From positions 1-18,461 of the forward strand of contig CAYVLA010000065.1 of the NCBI GenBank assembly GCA_964452145.1: a stretch of 18,461 nt of DNA, written 5' to 3'. Each line of letters begins with the position of its first letter. Position 1 is the stretch's first letter. The notes below the pieces were generated by a model. It was not told the origin of the DNA. It made no database searches and was given only the letters and a program-made list of their open reading frames with translations. Both the position numbers and the translations under genes were made by a program. Of this stretch, positions 8,328-15,712 are shown piece by piece. The DNA is from Candidatus Hadarchaeota archaeon. GTDB lineage: Archaea > CAYQAE01 > CAYVLA01.

Positions 8328-8894
8328 ATGGACCTGCTATCTGGGCTGCTTGCTCTCGGCAAGCCAACTTTCGTCTGCAATCGCTGCGCCCACTGCTGCT
8401 CCAACATCTCCGTTCCGCTCTTCTCTCCTGACCTCTCTGCGATGTCCTCCAGACTGAATCTATCGAGGATGCGAGCATCCATCAAGGTCTACCTGAGCCC
8501 GGGCCAGCAACCGCCCTCCGGCATTCGCTTGTTCCTCGACGGTGGCCCTTCGGATCGACCACCAAACGAGTCGGCGAGGTGCCCCTTTCTGGAGGAAGGC
8601 AGCGTCTGTTCGATATACGACTCACGACCCCTTGCTTGTAGGAGATTCCCCCTGGGTCACAAGGTCTCAAGTGGCGCATGCCCGTACTGGAACGGCAAGC
8701 CCGACCACGATATGAAATCGGCAAACAAGCTCTGGAGGATGGAAGAGGCGAAGATATCAAGGCTTGGAGCCGAGGCCTACTACCGCAGATGGCTGAACCT
8801 CCTATACCCGAAGGGATACATCCCCCCCGCTTCCATCAGGAAAGGCGTGTACTGGACGCCGAGTCGCAGCAGGACCAAGTTGCGCTTCCCGTGA
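8328..8894 (+). CDS. YkgJ-family (CxxCxxCC) zinc/iron-chelating cysteine-cluster protein
   Basis: FVCNRCAHCC ... CPFLEEGSVCSIYDSRPLACRRFP, the hallmark 8-Cys pattern, plus GACPYW. A T-rich box at 8297-8302 supports ATG 8328. Confidence 0.9.
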   Translation: MDLLSGLLALGKPTFVCNRCAHCCSNISVPLFSPDLSAMSSRLNLSRMRASIKVYLSPGQQPPSGIRLFLDGGPSDRPPNESARCPFLEEGSVCSIYDSRPLACRRFPLGHKVSSGACPYWNGKPDHDMKSANKLWRMEEAKISRLGAEAYYRRWLNLLYPKGYIPPASIRKGVYWTPSRSRTKLRFP

Positions 8895-9057
8895 CTCGGT
8901 CTTATTCGGGCTAGATTCTGCAACGCGGACGAAGATGGGTCTTCGCACGCGGGACTTCTCTCCATTCAGGAAACGACCATTGTTCTCCGGGTACCTTGCG
9001 ATTTCCGCGAGATGGAAGTCCCGATGGGGGATCTGAACTTTCAAATGAGTCATCGAA

Positions 9058-10515
9058 ATGACACTGTGGGCAATGACAGCCTCATGCGAAGCTAGTCTAG
9101 ACGAGACGCCGAATATCCCCATCGAGATAACTGACCAGTGTCAGAAGGGAGGATCCATCGTGATCGGAGGAGGTCCAGGGAGCGGCAAGACCATCCTCAC
9201 TCTCTCCCTACTGTACTACCTGAAGAAGATGAACCACAACGTCACCTTCATATCCACCCGACTGCCCATTTCGACCCTCCTGAAAACCACGGCCCTCTCA
9301 AGAGAGCTGGGTGCCGAGTCCCTTGTCGATTCCTCAATGCAGAAAAGCTACAGCGATGAGCCCGGGATCAGAAGGCTACCGATGGCCGATATCCATGATC
9401 TATCCATACTCCTTCTCAAGGAGGCCGATGATAGAAGCGTCATTGCCTTGGATTCGTGGGAGGCTCTCATTCAGAGGGAGAGGCGACCAAGGGAAGAGGT
9501 CTACACAAGTGCCATGGATGTCATCAACCGGACCCCGGGAGTCTTGATACTGACGACCGAGGACGCGCAGAACCTGAACCCGCTCGAACACATCGTCGAC
9601 ACTCACATCCGCCTTGAACTGGAGAAGTTCGGAGAGAGCAGGATCAGGTTGCTTCAGATGGAGAAGCTCAGAGGTCGGACCATAGACATTCCTACCTATG
9701 TTTTCAGCCTTCACGGCGGCGTCTTCAAGGCATATGATCCGCGGAGCTGGTCATTCCGGGAAAGGCCCATCAAAGCGACCAGGATGCCGGTGCCCGGGCA
9801 GGAGAACGGGGCTTCATATTCGACCGGCTTTCCCAGACTCGATAAGATACTCGGCGGGGGCTACAAGCATGGCTCCTGCATTGGCGTCGAGATCGACTTG
9901 GAGGCGCCGCCCGAGCTCTTCGATCTGACCTTCCTACCCACCGTTCTCGACTTCCTCGTGAAGCAGAGGCCGGTCCTGATCCTCCCGCCGGGAGCAAGAG
10001 ACACGCAGAGCCTCTGGGACACCCTTCGTGCCATCGCGAGCGAGCAGCTCTGGGACCAGCTCAAGACGAAGCTAATCGATAGCTATGTGAAGGTCATCTC
10101 CTATGGGGTGGCATCCAAGGAGGACGGCATGGTCAACGTTGGCACGGACATCGAGGATGACATGATGGCTTGGAGGAAGACAAGGAGGGAGATGAAGTAT
10201 CGCTTCGCCCAGCCCCTTCTTTGCGTCATGGGTTATGACACGCTGGTTCGAATCTATGGGAGCCATGCTGTGGAGCCGTTCATGGGCAGGGTTGTTTCAG
10301 AGACCCACCAGCTCGGGGATCTCATAGTATCCATCATCACGAGCGATCTGACGACCAAGAGGTATATGCTGGGGGTATCCGACTACTACTTCCGCCTGAA
10401 GCTTGTGAAGGGAATCCCGGTGTTCTGGGGAGTCAAACCGAGGACGGGCCCCCACGTCATGTCCCTCATAAACGAATCGGGGCATCCCCGACTCAACCTT
10501 CACAAGATGTCCTAG
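9058..10515 (+). CDS. GvpD-like KaiC/RecA-superfamily ATPase, two domains (paralog B)
   Basis: Walker A GGPGSGKT, FISTRL, Walker B VIALDSWE and EKLRG. The second domain YSTGFPRLDKILGGG has no Walker A. It shares LCVxGYDT, SDYY and WGVKPRT with 1250..2677. The start may be ATG 9073 (TTTCAAAT at 9039-9046). Confidence 0.87.
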   Translation: MTLWAMTASCEASLDETPNIPIEITDQCQKGGSIVIGGGPGSGKTILTLSLLYYLKKMNHNVTFISTRLPISTLLKTTALSRELGAESLVDSSMQKSYSDEPGIRRLPMADIHDLSILLLKEADDRSVIALDSWEALIQRERRPREEVYTSAMDVINRTPGVLILTTEDAQNLNPLEHIVDTHIRLELEKFGESRIRLLQMEKLRGRTIDIPTYVFSLHGGVFKAYDPRSWSFRERPIKATRMPVPGQENGASYSTGFPRLDKILGGGYKHGSCIGVEIDLEAPPELFDLTFLPTVLDFLVKQRPVLILPPGARDTQSLWDTLRAIASEQLWDQLKTKLIDSYVKVISYGVASKEDGMVNVGTDIEDDMMAWRKTRREMKYRFAQPLLCVMGYDTLVRIYGSHAVEPFMGRVVSETHQLGDLIVSIITSDLTTKRYMLGVSDYYFRLKLVKGIPVFWGVKPRTGPHVMSLINESGHPRLNLHKMS

Positions 10516-10572
10516 CCCCAGTTCTTCCTCTCCGATTCTGAGATGATGGGATCTCTGGCCTTGTGCTACCAA

Positions 10573-12231
10573 TCATTGCAGCCGGAAGCGCAGACCTTTC
10601 AGTGGAATACCTTCGCCGTCGGTGAGCCTCAGAGAGAAGAGCCAGTTCCCGTGTGAGTTGAGAGACGTGACCGATAGATATGACCTTCCCTTCGGGATGC
10701 TGATCGCCACCCTCTTCTCGAATGAGTAGCGATCGCGATAGAGCCATCCGTGTCCCTGCGGAGGGTAGTCCGTCTCCTCGAACACAGTCGACCCGTTGAA
10801 TCCGACGATCAGCCCATCATCCCACCCGAGGTTGAGGTACCCCTCCTGAGCCCGCTTCGAGTGCACATAGCTGACCAGATGAGCCGAGGCATCGTCGGTA
10901 TTCCTGTAGTCGAAGATCTGAATGCAGCTGGTGATCCCCCGGGGATCCATGTTGTCGTAGGCGAACCAGCGCACAAGCCCGTCACGACCGTGGTAAGGAA
11001 CGACAAGGTCTATCGGAGGCAGGGCGGCCTCTTGGGCTGAATACTGGATTTTGGTGTGCAGGTTGCCCAAGATCCCCAGCACCCACCACCGCGCCGGAGT
11101 CCCGAAGGCATCACACAATTCCTCACCAGTCAGACGACCTCCGTCATAAGCCTTCACCTTCCTCGCGTACGCCACAAGCCGGCGGGCCAATCGAGGCGTA
11201 CCACCCGCCAAGATGCTATGCCATGACGCAAGCTCAACATCCTCACGCCCGAATGCCTGCCTTCTGAGCCCATACCGCTTCTCCAGCGAAGGGGTGTACA
11301 GATACCAGGACGGTGCGCTCGTGAAGACCCAGATGTATCTTTTGGCAACTGCCCCCAGCAGGCTTACCTGCTGCCCAAGTTCTCGGATCTCCTCCTTCCA
11401 GGGGCGAAGGGGATACCCCTTTCCGCCAGTCTCCACCATGTGCAGAGGCCAAACACCGGGGGCGACGGTACAGCATCTTTGCCAGTATTCCTGCGTCTTT
11501 CCCCGCAGGCGGCACTCCAAGAAGAGGTCATCGGACCTGGAGGCTGCTAGGTTGGTAATCGGGTCATGCAGGCAATAGGTGAACTCCATTCCTAGGTGGA
11601 AGCCCCCTGGTGCCGACCGCGTAGCCATCTCCTCCAGCATGCCCAACAGGTAGGCCAGCTCGATGGGACGGCATCGGAAGGTCCCAGGAAGGGTGAAGAT
11701 TACTGCCTCGGGGAAATCCTCCAGCATTGCTGCGGCTGACGTTCGGCCCTGCCCTCGGGCCGAGTTCAAGAGATCCTCTACCGTGTATCCCGCGTATGTG
11801 TATACCGGGTGGTCCACCGAGTACCTCGGGAATGGATACTCGATGTCGACACAGATTCCTCTGAACCCCAGATCTCGAGCAGCCCTGCCGATGGAGAGGA
11901 AGCGATCCTGCATCTTCTCAGCATACGGCTCGGAGAGTAAGGAATCGGGGCACGGCCAATCACCGTTGTCGCTGAAACAAACTGTAAGCAGGTTCTCGGT
12001 GACCCCTGAGGCGTTGAGGGCCGATAGGCTACGTCGTGCCCTGGTCCACCAGGAGCGATCCTGAGGGGGGCTTCCCTCGACCCCGAGGCATATGGCCGAA
12101 CCATCGTCCCAAGCACCTATGTTGAAAAAGAATCCGTCGTAGATCTTGGCGATCTCGTCTGCCCTCTCATCTATGTAGCTGTTCGGCTGAATCGAGTAGC
12201 AGATCCGGAAGGGACGGTCCCGTCTCTTCAT
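10573..12231 (-). CDS. Hypothetical protein: putative glycoside-hydrolase-like TIM barrel plus C-terminal beta-sandwich (PA14/CBM-like)
   Basis: 552 aa from ATG 12231. LGFRGICVDIEYP resembles the GH18 strand-4 motif. The C-terminal region YLNLGWDDGLIVGFNG...W(LF)SLRLTD resembles the SDDG-x-x-V-W-x-NG beta-sandwich modules. No signal peptide seen. Confidence 0.65.
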   Translation of the reverse strand: MKRRDRPFRICYSIQPNSYIDERADEIAKIYDGFFFNIGAWDDGSAICLGVEGSPPQDRSWWTRARRSLSALNASGVTENLLTVCFSDNGDWPCPDSLLSEPYAEKMQDRFLSIGRAARDLGFRGICVDIEYPFPRYSVDHPVYTYAGYTVEDLLNSARGQGRTSAAAMLEDFPEAVIFTLPGTFRCRPIELAYLLGMLEEMATRSAPGGFHLGMEFTYCLHDPITNLAASRSDDLFLECRLRGKTQEYWQRCCTVAPGVWPLHMVETGGKGYPLRPWKEEIRELGQQVSLLGAVAKRYIWVFTSAPSWYLYTPSLEKRYGLRRQAFGREDVELASWHSILAGGTPRLARRLVAYARKVKAYDGGRLTGEELCDAFGTPARWWVLGILGNLHTKIQYSAQEAALPPIDLVVPYHGRDGLVRWFAYDNMDPRGITSCIQIFDYRNTDDASAHLVSYVHSKRAQEGYLNLGWDDGLIVGFNGSTVFEETDYPPQGHGWLYRDRYSFEKRVAISIPKGRSYLSVTSLNSHGNWLFSLRLTDGEGIPLKGLRFRLQ

Positions 12232-12382
12232 TCCCTTGCCTCGACGTAGCGAATCCAAGAAGGACCGAGATAAACATTTCCAGGGCAATCGCAGAAGAGG
12301 AATTCGGATGCCCCCGCCACGAGACGATTCGAAGTCCGATCTTCCGCGTCCTTCGGCATGATCTTGGATCGGAACTCCGCGA

Positions 12383-12396
12383 GGAAATCATTTTAT
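12383..12396 (+). promoter_or_regulatory. Putative BRE/TATA (GGAAATCATTTTAT) for thuA-like/HIT unit
   Basis: A purine run followed by TTTTAT, ending 22 nt upstream of ATG 12419. A similar GGAAATGTTTAT lies on the minus strand at about 12270-12281 for the divergent gene. Confidence 0.5.
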
Positions 12397-12418
12397 GGAG
12401 GACTCCTTGTGCGGAGCC

Positions 12419-13045
12419 ATGGGGCCCATAAACACCCTGCTCTTCGCTGGCGGCCAGATCCACGACTTCAAGGGCTGCGGCAATGAGATCGAGAAATCCC
12501 TGAGGGCGGACCCGGCCTTCAAGGTAACCAAGGTGGAGGAAGATCTATCCGTACTGGAGAGGCTCGATCCCTACAAGCTGGTGGTCTTCTACTACACAGT
12601 AGGGGAGATAACGGACTCCCAGAGGAATGGCCTTACCAACTTCGTCAAGAAGGGAAATGGCTTCGTCGGCATCCATTCCGCCGCGGATTCCTTCAGGAAC
12701 GATCCCGCGTTCAGACACTTCATCGGAGGCTTCTTCGTCACCCACCCACGGTTCCGCAGCTACCAGGTGAGCGTGATCGACCCAGAACATCCCATAACCA
12801 AGGGGCTGGATGAATTCATGGTGGAGGACGAGCAGTACATCACCGACTATGATCCCAGAGTCACCATCCTGTGCACCGCCCTCTACAAGGGCAAAGCACT
12901 GCCGGTGGCGTGGACTAGGGCCTGGGGAGAGGGCAGGGTGTTCTACCTCGCATTAGGCCATAACCCGCAGGCCTGTGGGCATGAGATGTTCAAGCTTCTG
13001 CTCACCAGAGGCGCCAAATGGGCGGCGGGGCACCAGGTCGAGTGA
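12419..13045 (+). CDS. ThuA-like (trehalose utilisation) domain protein, class I GATase-like fold
   Basis: GGQIHDF, FVKKGNGFVGIHSAAD, IGGFFVTHP, HPITKGLDEFMVEDEQY and PVAWTRAWGEGRVFYLALGH motifs. Confidence 0.9.
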   Translation: MGPINTLLFAGGQIHDFKGCGNEIEKSLRADPAFKVTKVEEDLSVLERLDPYKLVVFYYTVGEITDSQRNGLTNFVKKGNGFVGIHSAADSFRNDPAFRHFIGGFFVTHPRFRSYQVSVIDPEHPITKGLDEFMVEDEQYITDYDPRVTILCTALYKGKALPVAWTRAWGEGRVFYLALGHNPQACGHEMFKLLLTRGAKWAAGHQVE

Positions 13046-13063
13046 GGCTGAAAGGCGAGCGCA

Positions 13064-13486
13064 TTGACGGAGCCATGCATCTTTTGTAGCATAGTTCGAC
13101 GAGAAGCGCCTGCGAGCATCCTCTATGAGGATGAACAGGTGCTGGCGTTCATGGATGCCTACCCCGTGAATCCAGGACACGTGCTCATCATACCCAAGGA
13201 CCATGCCTGTTGCCTTGCAGACCTGAACCCTGATACTGGGGGCGAGATCTTCAAAGCTGCCATCAAGATCGCCTCCGCCGTGAGGAGAAGCGGTGTGAGG
13301 TGCGAAGGCGTGAACTTGATCCTTGCAGACGGACAGGCAGCCGGGCAGGAGATCTTCCACGTGCATCTGCATGTGATCCCGCGATATCGCAATGACAACT
13401 TCTCTATGTCGAGCAAGGCCCGCTCAGTGCCCCCAAGACAGGAGCTATCCTCCCTTGCCGCGGACATCTCAGCTTCCCTCCCATAG
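13064..13486 (+). CDS. hit: HIT family nucleotide hydrolase (Hint branch)
   Basis: CIFC zinc motif, AFMDAYPVNPGHVLIIPKDH and AGQEIFHVHLHVIPR histidine triad. TTG start 18 nt after the ThuA stop. Confidence 0.95.
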   Translation: MTEPCIFCSIVRREAPASILYEDEQVLAFMDAYPVNPGHVLIIPKDHACCLADLNPDTGGEIFKAAIKIASAVRRSGVRCEGVNLILADGQAAGQEIFHVHLHVIPRYRNDNFSMSSKARSVPPRQELSSLAADISASLP

Positions 13487-13634
13487 CGGCCGAGAGCTCA
13501 CTCCATACGGTTGACGAACTTCTTCCTAGACCGTGCCGCAGGGCAGTGGCACACGGTCAGTGGGCTGTTGCATTCAACCGATCGGCAGGATGTCCCCGCG
13601 ACGGTGGGGCCTCCTCCAGGTACAACACATAACG

Positions 13635-14708
13635 TCACGTTTTCGAGTCTATGAAACGTTTGACGAAATCGAACACCTTCTCCCCGCAGAATTCGTGTCC
13701 TCCGGCAGACTCCACATAGACAAACCGATCACCCAGACCCAAGCGTTCCCAGTGAGTCGAAGCCCTCATAACCTGTGACCTGGCGCCCTGAATCCCGAAC
13801 AGCTCATCCCTGATCCCGACTTCGATCATCAGGGGGCGGGGACAGATGAGGCCGCAGATCTCCGGATCGGTGAACTCGTTGAGGTAGTTGTGAAGGCACC
13901 AGTCTTCTCGTGCGTAGACCCTCCGATCATTGAAGAAGCTTGAGCTGACTGCCACGGATATCTCGGCATTAAGAGCAGCTGCGAACTGGGTGTACAGCCC
14001 ACCGTAGGAAAGCCCGATCATGGCGACGCGCGAGCCGTCCACTTCTGGTCGGTTGAGGATCGCCCCAAGCCCGCAGGTGATCTTCCACAACTCTATCGCA
14101 AGTATGGAGGTCCCAACATATCTGGCCATACGGTCAAGCTCAACACGGGTGGGGCCCGGTATCTTCTCGGTGCCGCCGATGGGGAATACGAGGCCCGGGG
14201 ACCACGTAACAAACCCCTCCCTCAAAGCTCTCTGAACAACCCACCCATAGTTGAAGGTTCCTCCCTTCGTTAGGGCCGTGATGATCTCAGGGCTTCCCCC
14301 GCCGCCGTGCTGACAGATCATCAGAGGGGCCCGATCTTCCAGCCCGTGAGGTACCATCAGAAGCCCATAAACATCGACTCCTTCCAGCACCTCGCACCAC
14401 ACCCGGTAAATGCATGCATATCCATCCTCTGCCACGAACTCGACCCGAGGCGTACAAGAATCCTTGAATCCGGGGGGCGGGTAGCCGATCCGGTCTCGGA
14501 GGGCGGCGCGTAGCCTTTCGGTTGAGATGCGATAAGCGTCGAGGCTGGAGTAGTCCGGTGCGTAGAACGCACAACGGTTCTGGCTTGAGATGTATGCCAG
14601 GGCGTTGAGATACCGCTCGATCTGTGCGAACTGTTCCTCCCGGATCCAATGCGAGGCTTCAACATCCTCCGTGTACCTGTCCGGAAACGCGTCACCGCTT
14701 GGGTCCAT
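13635..14708 (-). CDS. Alpha/beta-fold serine hydrolase (dienelactone hydrolase / acetyl esterase-like)
   Basis: YGLLMVP, PLMICQHGGGG, nucleophile GLSYGG, LICPRPLMIEVGIRDELF and GGHEF. ATG 14708 is chosen because GGGGGAG and an ATATAT box (14732-14737) lie upstream, and the longer ORF would overlap the divergent phosphatase. Confidence 0.88.
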   Translation of the reverse strand: MDPSGDAFPDRYTEDVEASHWIREEQFAQIERYLNALAYISSQNRCAFYAPDYSSLDAYRISTERLRAALRDRIGYPPPGFKDSCTPRVEFVAEDGYACIYRVWCEVLEGVDVYGLLMVPHGLEDRAPLMICQHGGGGSPEIITALTKGGTFNYGWVVQRALREGFVTWSPGLVFPIGGTEKIPGPTRVELDRMARYVGTSILAIELWKITCGLGAILNRPEVDGSRVAMIGLSYGGLYTQFAAALNAEISVAVSSSFFNDRRVYAREDWCLHNYLNEFTDPEICGLICPRPLMIEVGIRDELFGIQGARSQVMRASTHWERLGLGDRFVYVESAGGHEFCGEKVFDFVKRFIDSKT

Positions 14709-14858
14709 ACCGCTCCCCCGACGATGATCAGATATATGTGTGGCTTTGTCCTTGGTCAAGGTGGCGAAGCGAGCAACTTGGATGCCCGCGCTGGACATTG
14801 TGAAAATGGATGAACCGCATCTGAACGCCCGTGGCCCCACATCCGATCGACGAGAGAA

Positions 14859-15473
14859 ATGAACATACTGCTGATCAGGCATGCGCGACACGGCAACCCC
14901 GCCAAGCATCCCGACGAGGGGGATCTGGTGGAAGAGGGAGTGGAACAGGCCGAAGCTACTGCGCGTCTCCTTCTAGGCGAAGGCATAGAGAGGCTATTCT
15001 CAAGTCCCTATCCAAGGACCATGCAAACCGCATCCATCATCTCCCGCGCGATCGGCGTCCCAGTGGAGATCAGAGCCGAGCTTCAGAACAAGGTCCGGAC
15101 GGGCATGTCGGCGCCGAAGATGGGTCGCATCCGGGAGATGTTTCCAGGATCCATCATTCCGCATGGCTTTCCCGAGGAGTGGCGTGTTCCACATCCGGAG
15201 AGCGGAAGTGAGGTCTACACAAGAATGGCCCGATTCGTCGCAGAACTGGTGAGCCTGGAGACGAGGCATGAACGCGTCCTAGTGCTGAGCCACGCCTGGC
15301 CGCTTGACGCGCTCACCTCGATGCTCGCGGGTTGTCCTCCTTTGGAAAGGATGAGGTTCTACTACGACAACTGCTCCCTAACGTTGGTCTCGATCAAAGA
15401 TGGCGTGGGAAGGCTCTGTTACGTCAACCTCGTGCCCCACGTAGTTGAGAAGCGCGGTGTGTTCTTCTACTGA
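14859..15473 (+). CDS. Histidine phosphatase superfamily (phosphoglycerate mutase-like) protein
   Basis: N-terminal LLIRHA (RHG variant), L-x-x-x-G-x-x-QA, SSPYPRTMQTA, ES..VYTR, VLVLSHA and DNCSLT. Confidence 0.9.
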   Translation: MNILLIRHARHGNPAKHPDEGDLVEEGVEQAEATARLLLGEGIERLFSSPYPRTMQTASIISRAIGVPVEIRAELQNKVRTGMSAPKMGRIREMFPGSIIPHGFPEEWRVPHPESGSEVYTRMARFVAELVSLETRHERVLVLSHAWPLDALTSMLAGCPPLERMRFYYDNCSLTLVSIKDGVGRLCYVNLVPHVVEKRGVFFY

Positions 15474-15712
15474 TCGAAGGGACGGGGCAATCTCACCAAG
15501 GCGCTGCCCGCTCAACGCGCGGGTTCCCGGCTTATGGGTTCTGGGGTTGCGGGCAAGAGATAATAGCTAAGCCGAAAGCGGAACCGTACGCACAGATTAT
15601 CCGCGCTCTTTCCCTGATCCGCGGCCGGAAACTCAGGCGATCTCCGAGCTTGAGAACCATGCGAGGGAGTGGATCATCACTTGGGGTTAGGCGCTGTCGG
15701 GAGACGTTTGTG

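Noticed and set aside
8107..8478. N-terminal extension of the 540-aa ORF (likewise extensions 12232-12288, 14709-14909 and 15650-15712 of other ORFs)
   Set aside because: These overlap divergent genes or promoter-like boxes and do not look like protein. Downstream ATGs fit better.
8802..9122. 106-aa minus-strand ORF between YkgJ and ATPase B
   Set aside because: Overlaps both flanking genes in antisense. No motif.
1250..10515. Gas-vesicle cluster or KaiABC circadian clock
   Set aside because: No gvpA/C/N/E or kaiA/kaiB-like ORFs, and the second domains lack the P-loop required of clock KaiC CII.
12292..12350. Imperfect inverted repeat GAAGA..TCGGA / TCCGA..TCTTC in the divergent gap
   Set aside because: Short, interrupted arms, expected by chance at this GC content.
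14859..14890. RHA instead of RHG in the histidine phosphatase as a sign of inactivation
   Set aside because: RHA is a common active variant, and the other catalytic Arg and His are present.
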